The position numbers and the translations under genes are program-made. This document shows positions 34,876 to 43,715 of a stretch of 48,351 nt of DNA, in pieces. The notes under the pieces are model-generated. The model worked only from the letters and a program-made list of their open reading frames with translations, had not been told where the DNA came from and did no database searches. The stretch comes from an uncultured Gammaproteobacteria bacterium (lineage in GTDB: Bacteria > Patescibacteriota > Microgenomatia > Daviesbacterales > UBA10151): positions 333 through 48,683 of the forward strand of contig CAZFZP010000002.1 of the NCBI GenBank assembly GCA_964523515.1, given 5' to 3'. Each line of letters opens with the position of its first letter. Within the stretch, counting starts at the first letter, position 1.

Positions 34876-36879
34876 ATGGAATTTATTGTTAATAATATTA
34901 ATAACATTATCTGGACTTCTGTGGGAGTTTCCATTTTTTATGGCCTTTATTTAATAGTTGAAATTTTAAATAAACCAGCTGGTAATGAGAAAATGCAGGA
35001 AATCGCCCAAGCTATTCAACAAGGCGCTGCTGCTTATCTGCAAAGACAGTATTTGGTAGTAGCAGGGGTGGCAGCCCTTTTATCTTTGGGGATTTATCAA
35101 TTTTTAGGACAAAATACTGCTTTGGGATTTTTGCTGGGGGCAGTTTTATCTGCTGTGGCCGGATTTATTGGCATGAGTGTAGCTGTCAGAGCTAATGTTA
35201 GAGTTGCAGAGGCAGCCAAACACGGCTTAGTGGAGGCTTTTTCTTTAGCTTATAAAGGTGGGGCTGTAACTGGATTTTTGGTAGTTGGTTTGGCACTTTT
35301 GGCAGTTTATGGATTTTATCAATATACTTTAGATGTAAGAAGTTTAATTGGATTGGGATTTGGTAGCTCTTTGATTTCAGTTTTTGCCAGGCTTGGTGGA
35401 GGGATTTTTACTAAAGGGGCTGATGTAGGTACAGATATAGTAGGTAAAGTAGAGGCTGGTATTCCGGAGGATGATCCCAGAAACCCCGGGGTAATTGCTG
35501 ATTTAGTAGGTGATAATGTTGGTGATGATGCCGGAATGGCAGCTGATATCTTTGAAACTTATGTAGTAACAGCCATAGCAGCTATTATTTTAGGGCAACT
35601 TTTGATGCCTTTTTATGCTAATGCCCTACTTTTCCCTTTGGTTATTTTGGCAGTGGCAGTTTTTGCCTCAGTGGCAGGCAGTTTCTTTGTCAGGTTAAGT
35701 GGTAAAAATATCATGGGAGCTTTATACAAAGGGTTGATTGCTACAGTTATTTTATGTGCAATTTTGTTTTATCCAGTGACCTTATCTTTAATGGCAGATA
35801 ATGGCTTATATAGTGTGATGAATTTATATCTGGCTTCTTTGATTGGCATTTTAGTAACAGCCGGGATGGTAGTTATTACTGAATACTACACCGGAACTCA
35901 ATTTAGCCCAGTTAAACACATTGCTGAAAGCTCCAGTACTGGACATGGAACTAATGTGATTGCTGGTTTGGCTGTTTCTATGAAATCAACCTTTGCCCCG
36001 GTGATTTTAATTTCTGCGGCAGTATTATTTAGTTTTACCCTAGCTGGTCTTTATGGCATAGCTATGGCAGCTGTGGCTATGTTATCTTTGGCTGGAATTG
36101 TGGTGGCTATTGATGCTTTTGGCCCTATTACAGATAATGCCGGGGGGATAGCTGAAATGTCTAATTTACCGGAAAAGGTCCGTAATGTTACAGATCCTTT
36201 GGATGCAGTGGGAAATACTACCAAAGCAGTTACTAAAGGCTATGCAATAGCCTCTGCTGCCTTGGCTGCCCTGGTGCTTTTTTCTGCTTATTCTGAAGAG
36301 TTTGTGGCTGTAGGTCAGGCTTTGGATTTTTCTCTATCTGATCCCAAGGTGATTGTGGGTTTGTTTATTGGAGGATCTTTGCCATATCTTTTTGGAGCTT
36401 TTGCTATGGAGGCTGTGGGTAAGGCAGGAATGGCTGTGGTAGAAGAGGTGAGAAGGCAGTTTAAATCCATCAAGGGGATTATGGAGGGTACTGCTAAGCC
36501 TGATTATGCCAAATGTGTGGAGATTGTGACTGCCAGGGCTCAAAAAGAGATGCTTATTCCAGCCTTAATTCCAGTGGTAGCTCCAATTTTAATAGGTACT
36601 ATGCTTGGGCCGGTGGTCCTAGGGGGAGTATTGGTAGGGTCAATTGTGACAGGTCTATTTGTAGCTATTTCTATGACTACAGGAGGAGCTGCTTGGGATA
36701 ATGCCAAAAAGTATATAGAATCTGGAAAATTGGGTGGCAAAGGCTCAGAAGCTCACAAGGCTGCAGTAACCGGTGATACAGTTGGAGATCCATACAAGGA
36801 TACAGCCGGCCCTGCTATTAACCCCATGATTAAAGTCATCAATATAGTAGCTTTACTATTAGTGCCATTCTTGATTTAA
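34876..36879 (+). CDS. hppA: membrane-bound proton-translocating pyrophosphatase (K+-independent signature)
   Basis: GGG(I/L)[10 protein letters not shown](I)VGKVE, DNVGDxxG, multi-TM topology, and [10 protein letters not shown] (Lys variant of the GNxx(K/A)A motif). Confidence 0.92.
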   Translation: MEFIVNNINNIIWTSVGVSIFYGLYLIVEILNKPAGNEKMQEIAQAIQQGAAAYLQRQYLVVAGVAALLSLGIYQFLGQNTALGFLLGAVLSAVAGFIGMSVAVRANVRVAEAAKHGLVEAFSLAYKGGAVTGFLVVGLALLAVYGFYQYTLDVRSLIGLGFGSSLISVFARLGGGIFTKGADVGTDIVGKVEAGIPEDDPRNPGVIADLVGDNVGDDAGMAADIFETYVVTAIAAIILGQLLMPFYANALLFPLVILAVAVFASVAGSFFVRLSGKNIMGALYKGLIATVILCAILFYPVTLSLMADNGLYSVMNLYLASLIGILVTAGMVVITEYYTGTQFSPVKHIAESSSTGHGTNVIAGLAVSMKSTFAPVILISAAVLFSFTLAGLYGIAMAAVAMLSLAGIVVAIDAFGPITDNAGGIAEMSNLPEKVRNVTDPLDAVGNTTKAVTKGYAIASAALAALVLFSAYSEEFVAVGQALDFSLSDPKVIVGLFIGGSLPYLFGAFAMEAVGKAGMAVVEEVRRQFKSIKGIMEGTAKPDYAKCVEIVTARAQKEMLIPALIPVVAPILIGTMLGPVVLGGVLVGSIVTGLFVAISMTTGGAAWDNAKKYIESGKLGGKGSEAHKAAVTGDTVGDPYKDTAGPAINPMIKVINIVALLLVPFLI

Positions 36880-36881
36880 AC

Positions 36882-37160
36882 ATGTCAAATCCAGAAGGTG
36901 AATATATAATAATAGAATTATTTACTCAAGCGAGGGCTGTAATGGGGGATAAAGCAAAAGCATGCAGAATAGTCGCAGAAGAGGTGGGTTTTGAGGGACC
37001 ATCTGACAAATTACCTAAGTTAGCTCTTATTTCAGTTAATGAAGAAACCCCTGGAGCTTTGCAATTAGTTCTGAATCATCCATTATACAGAATAGAGGAT
37101 GTTCTAAATTTCAGATTGGCCAAAGATGGTTATGAACCAGATCTTCCTCCAGCCTCCTAG
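36882..37160 (+). CDS. hypothetical 92-aa protein
   Basis: ORF starting 2 nt after the hppA stop. No family recognised. Confidence 0.45.
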   Translation: MSNPEGEYIIIELFTQARAVMGDKAKACRIVAEEVGFEGPSDKLPKLALISVNEETPGALQLVLNHPLYRIEDVLNFRLAKDGYEPDLPPAS

Positions 37161-37215
37161 TAATTAAGAAATGAGGATATTTTAGTCTTTCCAAACCAGG
37201 TTTGGAGGTTCAAAG

Positions 37216-37863
37216 TTAATGCTCATCAATTGTTCCATGTTTAAGTGCTTCCAGTGTTTTTCCATAATCAGTCTGGTCTAAAACAAATTTTTGATAATCA
37301 CTTGGTGATTTGAAAAATCCAAGTATTTCTTCCTTGGCTAGGGTTGGGTTATTCTCTAATCCAATATATGCTTTATAGGAAGACCATGGATAAAGATTTA
37401 AATCCTTTATTAAAAGAGATACCGATGGATTTGAATGTATGTATCTTGAGACATGAATAAATTGTTCATCACTTTCCATTCTGACAGCCTTAAAAGGTCC
37501 ATTAAATAGAGGTCCTTGATGATTATATTTTAGGTTTCTATATTTTATATAGCTTAAGATAAACCTCCTCATAAATTCTGAAATCCCGCCATCTCTAAGT
37601 TGTTTTATAAGTAGATGAAAATGGTTGGGCATTAGACAATAACAGATAATATCAACAATTTTTTTAGAAGGATCTACAGAGAATAATGAAGAATGCCTAA
37701 AAAGAGAAAATTTAGGTTTAGGATTTTGAATCTGATAATAAAAGAAAGTTTTTATAAAATGGGAATAATCATGGGTTTGAGTGAATATATCTTTCTTTTC
37801 TAGGCCCCGATTATATAAATGATAGATTTCTCCATTAGCAAAAGGGATTAATCTATAGGGCAT
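37216..37863 (-). CDS. RAYT/IS200-like Y1 HUH tyrosine transposase (paralog 2)
   Basis: MPNHFHLLI, SRYIHSNP and PWSSY. Roughly 55-60% identical by eye to the 31078..31728 product. Confidence 0.75.
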   Translation of the reverse strand: MPYRLIPFANGEIYHLYNRGLEKKDIFTQTHDYSHFIKTFFYYQIQNPKPKFSLFRHSSLFSVDPSKKIVDIICYCLMPNHFHLLIKQLRDGGISEFMRRFILSYIKYRNLKYNHQGPLFNGPFKAVRMESDEQFIHVSRYIHSNPSVSLLIKDLNLYPWSSYKAYIGLENNPTLAKEEILGFFKSPSDYQKFVLDQTDYGKTLEALKHGTIDEH

Positions 37864-37870
37864 TAATTAT

Positions 37871-37899
37871 AGTTTAAACCTCCACTCCAGGTCTGTCAA
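37871..37899 (-). promoter_or_regulatory. RAYT-2 promoter (leaderless configuration) embedded in a 12-bp inverted repeat
   Basis: Minus strand: TTGACA(37899-94)-17 nt-TAAACT(37876-71), then 7 nt to ATG 37863. AACCTCCACTCC (37877-88) is perfectly complementary to GGAGTGGAGGTT (37915-26), so the repeat brackets the -35. Confidence 0.45.
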
Positions 37900-37936
37900 T
37901 TCAATTCCACTCCGGGAGTGGAGGTTCAGGTTGTAT

Positions 37937-38317
37937 TTAGGAAGCTAGGATGTTTTTGACCTCTGTGACTACCTGGTCAGGGGTATAGGAAGCTTTGATC
38001 AGATAGCCATTTGCCCCCATAGAAAATCCTTCTTTAATGATATTATCCTGCCCCAAATTTGTCAGTAATACTACTTTCATAGGTGAAGTAGGGTTTTTAG
38101 CTTTAAAATCCCGCAATACTTGTAATCCATTCATTCCTGGAAGCATGATGTCCAAAAGCAGCAGGTCAAATTTTTCAGTGTCTAATACTTGTAAGGCCTG
38201 TTGTCCGTCACCGACAGCTTGCACTAAGAATCCAGATTTAGTAAATTGCCTTGTATAAAGTTCTCTAATAGACTGTTCATCTTCAACTAGTAATACTTTT
38301 TTAGCATTTGGATCCAT
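37937..38317 (-). CDS. stand-alone response-regulator receiver domain (CheY-like)
   Basis: VLLVEDE, phospho-acceptor LLLDIMLPGMNG, and LTN..K. TACAAT lies 7 nt before the ATG. Confidence 0.8.
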   Translation of the reverse strand: MDPNAKKVLLVEDEQSIRELYTRQFTKSGFLVQAVGDGQQALQVLDTEKFDLLLLDIMLPGMNGLQVLRDFKAKNPTSPMKVVLLTNLGQDNIIKEGFSMGANGYLIKASYTPDQVVTEVKNILAS

Positions 38318-38353
38318 TTAAATAATTGTAAACAATTACACTAAATAATCAAG

Positions 38354-38427
38354 TACCGCCAGCGGGATTTGAACCCGCGATCTTCACGTTGAGAACGTGA
38401 CGTCCTAGGCCACTAGACGATGGCGGC
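38354..38427 (-). tRNA. tRNA-Glu (anticodon CUC), no encoded CCA
   Basis: Manual fold of the reverse complement: GCCGCCA / D arm GTCT-AGTGGCCT-AGGAC / TCACG-TTCTCAA-CGTGA / GCGGG-TTCAAAT-CCCGC / TGGCGGT-A. Position 1:72 reads G.U. Confidence 0.8.
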
Positions 38428-38436
38428 ATGTAACAA

Positions 38437-38487
38437 ATTATACATTTATACGTCATGATTGACAATTGAGAGGCGCTCCCTTAAAAT
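38437..38487. promoter_or_regulatory. back-to-back divergent promoters sharing one -35 region (tRNA-Glu on minus, greA on plus)
   Basis: Plus strand: TTGACA(38459-64)-17 nt-TAAAAT(38482-87), then 9 nt to GTG 38497. Minus strand: TTGTCA(38465-60)-17 nt-TATAAT(38442-37), then 9 nt to tRNA G1 at 38427. Confidence 0.5.
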
Positions 38488-38496
38488 TTCGGCATA

Positions 38497-38970
38497 GTGA
38501 TACAAATAACCAAAATAAAAGGTGCTTATGTTACTGCTAAAGGATTGGAAGAATCCAAAAAAGAGTTAGATTATCTTAAGAATATTAAGAAAGTTGAAAT
38601 AGCGGAAAGAATTCAAAGAGCCAGAGAGTTTGGTGACATATCAGAAAATTCTGAGTATGATGCTGCATTGGAGGATCAAGCTTTGGTAGAGAACCGTATT
38701 GGAGAGTTAGAGAAAGCACTAAAGGATGTGCAGATTATTAAAGAAATCAAAAGTGATTTTGTGGTGATAGGTTCCACCATCAAAATTGAGATGGAAGGAG
38801 AAACAGATCAGTTTACTATTGTGGGTAGAGTTGAAGCAAATCCTTCAAAAAAAAGAATTTCCAATGAATCACCTTTAGGTTCAGCACTGCTGGGAGCTAA
38901 AGTAGACGAGACTGTGGAAGTATCTACACCAATAGTAAGATACAAGGCAAAAGTTTTGGAGATTAAATAA
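38497..38970 (+). CDS. greA: transcription elongation factor GreA
   Basis: N-terminal coiled coil with the acidic tip (GDISENSEYDAA) and a C-terminal FKBP-like domain (GSTI...ISNESPLGSALLGAKV). GTG start. Confidence 0.85.
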   Translation: MIQITKIKGAYVTAKGLEESKKELDYLKNIKKVEIAERIQRAREFGDISENSEYDAALEDQALVENRIGELEKALKDVQIIKEIKSDFVVIGSTIKIEMEGETDQFTIVGRVEANPSKKRISNESPLGSALLGAKVDETVEVSTPIVRYKAKVLEIK

Positions 38971-38971
38971 T

Positions 38972-40321
38972 ATGACTGCACATAAACTTATTAGAGAATT
39001 CAAAGTTTCTAAAAATAATTTATCAGATAATGAAAAAAAAGTGCTGATTAAATTAGAAAAAGCAGCAGCATTAGTTGGTCCTATTTATGGTCTGCAAATC
39101 AATGACCGTTATCCTGGCGCTAATTTTTATCCTCATGATATAACCAGGGAAGAAATATTATCGGCCTATAAAGAAGACCCTTTGATTCTAAGTCCCTATA
39201 CTGTTGTGGAAAGGAAGAAGAATGGAAAGTTAGAAGCTATCCCGTATCACATTAAATATGCCAAACAGCTTAAACCTGTAATCAAATTTCTTAAAGAAGC
39301 AGCTTTTTTAACTGATAACAAAAATTTTGCCAGTAGACTGGAGGTGCAGGCTGATGCATTAGAAAGTGGCAGTTATGAGGCAGCAGATATATATTGGTTG
39401 ACAATGAAGCCCTACAAGATTGATATCATAATTGGTCCGATAGAAAGATATGAAGATAGCCTATTTTTCAAAAAAACCTGTTATAGTGCTATAGTAGGAA
39501 TTATTGACTCCAAGGCCACCAAAGAAGCCTTAAAAATAAGAGATATAATTACTTCATCACATAGAAAGTCCTTTTCTTTTTCGCAGAGAATAATTCCAAC
39601 TAATATGATACAGGTTAGGATAGATCAAGCTTCTATTTCAGCCGGCCTCTCAGCACGGGTTTTGTTTGCAGGTATGGATTTACCCAATGATCCTTCTTTA
39701 GTAGAAAAATATGGTAGCCAAGTTATTGTTTTAAGCAATATAGTGAAATACAATTTTGAAGAGATCCATTATCCGATATTCAAGAAAATATTTGAATCTA
39801 CATTCCAAAAGGGTTATAATTCGGAGTTATTACTAAGCGCATCGCAAAAACTTTTACTAATTAGAGAAATTTTTACTCTACAGGTTAAATATTCTGATGC
39901 AGAAGCAAGGTTAAGAGAGCTTTATCCGGTTATCAATGAGATGGCATCATATGTTTTGGCAGTAAAGAGCGCTGGTTCACTGCTGATGAAAGATGTGATT
40001 TTTCAGAAAGAGCTGGAAGCTATTATGATTCTATTTCTGAGCAGGGCTTTTGATAGTTTTATTTTATCGAAGGACATAAAAAGTATGATGCATTATAGCC
40101 ATGGATATGCAATAGCGATAAATTACTTCCTGGAACATGGGTCTTTAAGGGAGAGAAATGGCATTTCTTGGATTAATTTCACCAAGATGTTTATAGATTT
40201 AAATGGATTAGCTTCTCTTTTAGATCAAATATTGGCATTTGGTGATTACCAGGATGCTAAGCGTTTAATTGCAGAATATGGGGATATCTCAAAATGTTTA
40301 AAACTAATACCAAAAATATAG
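38972..40321 (+). CDS. orphan protein resembling bacterial DPP3/M49-like hydrolases but lacking the HExxH zinc site (candidate pseudo-peptidase)
   Basis: GANFYPHDITREEI, IPYHIKY, LKEAAFLTDN, IIIGPIERYEDSLF and LRELYPVINEMASYVLAV parallel the M49-like family as I recall it. Where HExxH is expected, the sequence reads REIFT. Confidence 0.35.
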   Translation: MTAHKLIREFKVSKNNLSDNEKKVLIKLEKAAALVGPIYGLQINDRYPGANFYPHDITREEILSAYKEDPLILSPYTVVERKKNGKLEAIPYHIKYAKQLKPVIKFLKEAAFLTDNKNFASRLEVQADALESGSYEAADIYWLTMKPYKIDIIIGPIERYEDSLFFKKTCYSAIVGIIDSKATKEALKIRDIITSSHRKSFSFSQRIIPTNMIQVRIDQASISAGLSARVLFAGMDLPNDPSLVEKYGSQVIVLSNIVKYNFEEIHYPIFKKIFESTFQKGYNSELLLSASQKLLLIREIFTLQVKYSDAEARLRELYPVINEMASYVLAVKSAGSLLMKDVIFQKELEAIMILFLSRAFDSFILSKDIKSMMHYSHGYAIAINYFLEHGSLRERNGISWINFTKMFIDLNGLASLLDQILAFGDYQDAKRLIAEYGDISKCLKLIPKI

Positions 40322-40330
40322 AAATTCCGT

Positions 40331-41620
40331 ATGATAGCCAAAGCAAAGGAGAAAATGCCAGAAACAGATTTATTTAGCCATAGTAGGACTGAGTCAGTAG
40401 TTGCTACTTTTAGAGGTTGGCAACAATATGAAGGACGCAGGCCTGAGAAAAGACAAATAATAGATTCTGATGTATCAGGTGTAGATCGGAGACATATATC
40501 AAGATATAGTAGCCGGGAAGATGTAGAGCAAGCAGTAAGAGAACTCAAAGCTCCTTTTGAGGAAATGGTAGATGGCGGCAGATTTTTGGATACCTTACCG
40601 GTTTTGGATCAAAGAAGAACCTTACATGCAGATTTATTAGCTTCTGATGTTTATCTAGCCAGTTTGCGGTATCCGGTTCAATTGGCAGAATACATCAATA
40701 ATACCATGGGGGTACCACTTCGTTGGTTTGATGAAGGTGATATTGAAGATGCAGCTAAATCACTCAAAGATATTTTGGAGATAAATAGATTCCCGGGTAC
40801 AAATTTAGCAGAAGCTTTTTTAAGCTATAGAAATAGTAAGGGACTCACTCCGGAACAAATAAGCCAAGGAATGGTAACTATCATAGAAAGGGAGTTACCA
40901 AAGATGATTTCTATGTTGGGCGTTGAAGGGTTAGATTCTAGATTTTATTCACCAACTCAGCTGATAGTTGCAAACTATAGACCAGACGAAGTAATTCGGA
41001 TGGAAGCATATTACCGGGATGGCACACCAACATTAAATATTAATACCAGCAGAAATTATCTTGAGGGAGACCAAGAATATTTTGCCCACCATGAATTTTT
41101 TGTACACCTACTTGATTTAGGAGTATTAAAGGCTAAAATAGCAGCCGGACAAGTTATCCCTGAGCTGGGAGTCCGTACGTTACATGGTTCAGAATGGTAT
41201 CTAGGGGAAGGATTGGCACAAACCCTGCCGGAATTTTTACCGGATCTTTTAGAAATTAGCGACCGCGGTAGATTAGCCTATTCCTGGCGTATACTTCGGG
41301 AGATGGTATTAAGCAATGCTCATATTATGGTTAATACTTCTGGTACAGGTGATCAAATGTTAGAAGCCTCCCAGTATACTCAAGATCTTTTAAAAGGAGT
41401 TTTAACAGATAGTGAGATTGAGAGTGAACTTAGATTTAGGTGGCAGGAACAACTTGAAAGAACTTATTATTATGTTTATGGTGTAGGTATTGTAGATTTT
41501 AGAAACTTTGCGCAAAGGTTAGCTACGCCCGAAAAAAGAAAAGAGTTTCTCAAAAGATGCTATGGTATGCCGCTGACATATCAACAGGTTAATGCTTTGG
41601 TAGACCAGATTGTTATCTAG
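40331..41620 (+). CDS. orphan protein with HExxxH (HEFFVH) plus a downstream EG..A...E block; candidate gluzincin-like metallopeptidase
   Basis: AHHEFFVHLLD, then about 35 residues later LGEGLAQTLPEFL. Composition is Arg-rich and Lys-poor, unlike its neighbours (by eye). The start codon is uncertain. Confidence 0.3.
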   Translation: MIAKAKEKMPETDLFSHSRTESVVATFRGWQQYEGRRPEKRQIIDSDVSGVDRRHISRYSSREDVEQAVRELKAPFEEMVDGGRFLDTLPVLDQRRTLHADLLASDVYLASLRYPVQLAEYINNTMGVPLRWFDEGDIEDAAKSLKDILEINRFPGTNLAEAFLSYRNSKGLTPEQISQGMVTIIERELPKMISMLGVEGLDSRFYSPTQLIVANYRPDEVIRMEAYYRDGTPTLNINTSRNYLEGDQEYFAHHEFFVHLLDLGVLKAKIAAGQVIPELGVRTLHGSEWYLGEGLAQTLPEFLPDLLEISDRGRLAYSWRILREMVLSNAHIMVNTSGTGDQMLEASQYTQDLLKGVLTDSEIESELRFRWQEQLERTYYYVYGVGIVDFRNFAQRLATPEKRKEFLKRCYGMPLTYQQVNALVDQIVI

Positions 41621-41662
41621 ATATTGTCTTAATATAAGAGCCTCAAGTATACTTTATCCATA

Positions 41663-43120
41663 ATGACTTTGAATGTGCAAAAAGACCGGCTGAAAAAATT
41701 AAAAAATATTCAAAGATTAGGAATTAATCCCTATCCTGCTAAGTTCAACCGTAAACATACTATTTCCCAAGCCTTAAAAATGATGGGTAAAAAAGTGATT
41801 GTGGTAGGTAGAATTATGTCACTTCGGCCTCACGGTAAAATTGCTTTTGCAGATATAGAAGATGTAAGTGGAAAAATCCAACTTTTATTTAAACAAGAAG
41901 AGTTAAGAGGAGAAAAGTTTGATTTGATTCCAAATTTAGATATAGGAGATTTTATTGGAGTAACTGGAGAAATAATCAAAACTCAAGCAGGACAAATAAC
42001 AGTTAATATTGAAGACTTTAGACTTTTAACAAAATCTATTAGACCACTTCCTTCTGCCTGGCATGGTTTAGAAGATGTGGAAGAAAGATATAGACAAAGG
42101 TATGTGGATTTAATTATGAATCCAGAGGTGAGATATGTCTTTGATACCCGCCATAAAATAGTAAGTTTAATTAGAAAATTTATGGAGAGTAAAGGATTTG
42201 TGGAGGTTGAAACACCAACACTGCAACCGATTTATGGAGGGGCTACTGCAAAACCTTTTATCACCCATCATAACGCTTTAGGTATGAAATTATATTTAAG
42301 GATTGCAGATGAACTTTATTTAAAAAGATTGATTGTTGGGGGATATGAGAAAGTTTTTGAAATCTGTAAAGATTTTAGAAATGAAGGGATAGACCGTCAT
42401 CATAATCCAGAATTCACAATGATTGAATTTTACTGGGCTTATGCAGATTACAATGATTTGATCCCTTTTACCCAAGAGTTTGTTTCTTCGATTGTTAAAG
42501 AAGTTACTGGAAGTTATTCAGTTGAATATCAAGGAGAGAAACTTAATTTTAAACCTCCTTTTAAAATAGCTACTTTCACAAAGTTAGTTAAAGAGAATGC
42601 AGGAATTGATTTAGATGAAGCTAATACAGCAGATGAGCTACTTAAAAAAATAAAAGAAAAAAAAATTAAGTTGGATTTAAAAGGAGTTGTTGGTTTTGGA
42701 CCACTTTGTGACGAACTATTTAAAAAAACTACCAGATCAAAAATTATTCAACCAACTTTGGTAATAGAATATCCGGCGGAGATGAAACCTTTAGCTAAAA
42801 GAAAAGCAGATGACTCGACTAAATCAGAAAGTTTACAACTGGTTTGCATGGGGATGGAACTGACAAATTCTTATAGTGAATTAAATGATCCAATTCTACA
42901 GAAAAAACTTTGGCAAGAACAGATGAAGTTAGCAAGAGAGGGTTTACAGGAACATCAAGTTTTGGATAATGATTATATTAGGGCATTGGAATATGGGATG
43001 CCACCTACAGCCGGATGGGCAATTGGAATTGACAGATTTGTAGCCATTTTAACTAATCAACATACTATTAAAGATGTGATATTATTTCCGACAATGAAAC
43101 CAGAAAAGAGAGGAAAATGA
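41663..43120 (+). CDS. lysS: lysine--tRNA ligase (class II)
   Basis: INPYPAKF, an OB fold, FVEVETP, FRNEG, NPEFTMIEFYWAY, and GMPPTAGWAIGIDR. Confidence 0.9.
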   Translation: MTLNVQKDRLKKLKNIQRLGINPYPAKFNRKHTISQALKMMGKKVIVVGRIMSLRPHGKIAFADIEDVSGKIQLLFKQEELRGEKFDLIPNLDIGDFIGVTGEIIKTQAGQITVNIEDFRLLTKSIRPLPSAWHGLEDVEERYRQRYVDLIMNPEVRYVFDTRHKIVSLIRKFMESKGFVEVETPTLQPIYGGATAKPFITHHNALGMKLYLRIADELYLKRLIVGGYEKVFEICKDFRNEGIDRHHNPEFTMIEFYWAYADYNDLIPFTQEFVSSIVKEVTGSYSVEYQGEKLNFKPPFKIATFTKLVKENAGIDLDEANTADELLKKIKEKKIKLDLKGVVGFGPLCDELFKKTTRSKIIQPTLVIEYPAEMKPLAKRKADDSTKSESLQLVCMGMELTNSYSELNDPILQKKLWQEQMKLAREGLQEHQVLDNDYIRALEYGMPPTAGWAIGIDRFVAILTNQHTIKDVILFPTMKPEKRGK

Positions 43121-43713
43121 CTAGAGAAGAAGCGTATAAATTAATGACGGAGATGTTACAAAATAAAAACTTACGAAAGCATGGCTTGGCAGTGGAAGCA
43201 ATCATGAGAGCTTTGTGTCAGTATCTAAAAGATCGTTCAGCCTTGCAAGGCCTGGCCTTGGAGTCCAAAGAATTTAATGAAGAAGAATGGGCAATTGTTG
43301 GACTTTTACATGACGGCGATTATGAATTAATAGATAAAGATCCGAAGAGACATACTCTTGTAACGGAAGAAAAAATTAGACCACTTGGTGCATCTGAGCG
43401 AATTATTAATGGAATAAAGGCCCATCATGAAGGAGTCAAACCAACAAGGGATAACTTAATGGAGAAATCTATATATGCTGCAGATGAACTTTCTGGATTA
43501 ATAACTGCTGTAGCTTTAGTTAGACCTGACAAAAAATTAGCATCAGTTGATGTTTCTTCAGTAATGAAAAAATTTAAACAAACAGGTTTTGCAGCTGGAG
43601 CCAATAGAGATCAGATTTCAACTTGCGAAAAAGAATTAAATATCCCTTTAGAAGAATTTATTGGAATAGCTCTAAAGGCTATGCAAGGAATAGCAGATGA
43701 GTTAGGATTGTAA
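43117..43713 (+). CDS. HD-domain phosphohydrolase (function unknown)
   Basis: HGLAVEAIMRAL...VGLLHDGDYE...KAHH metal-binding pattern. Overlaps the lysS stop (ATGA). Confidence 0.65.
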   Translation: MTREEAYKLMTEMLQNKNLRKHGLAVEAIMRALCQYLKDRSALQGLALESKEFNEEEWAIVGLLHDGDYELIDKDPKRHTLVTEEKIRPLGASERIINGIKAHHEGVKPTRDNLMEKSIYAADELSGLITAVALVRPDKKLASVDVSSVMKKFKQTGFAAGANRDQISTCEKELNIPLEEFIGIALKAMQGIADELGL

Positions 43714-43715
43714 CT

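Larger units (their letters stand above)
37189..37928 (-). mobile_element. minimal IS200-like unit 2: hairpin, RAYT-type Y1 transposase, promoter, hairpin
   Basis: 24-nt repeats are TTCCAAACCAGGTTTGGAGGTTCA (37189-212) and TTCCACTCCGGGAGTGGAGGTTCA (37905-928). They are 19/24 identical, and the stem differences AA>CT / TT>AG are compensatory. Confidence 0.55.

Noticed and set aside
31078-37863. Composite transposon formed by the two RAYT genes carrying cobO-lon-hppA.
   Set aside because: Each RAYT has its own complete pair of hairpins, of different sequence class. The genes between them are core housekeeping genes. Y1 transposases are not known to mobilise composite structures in this way.
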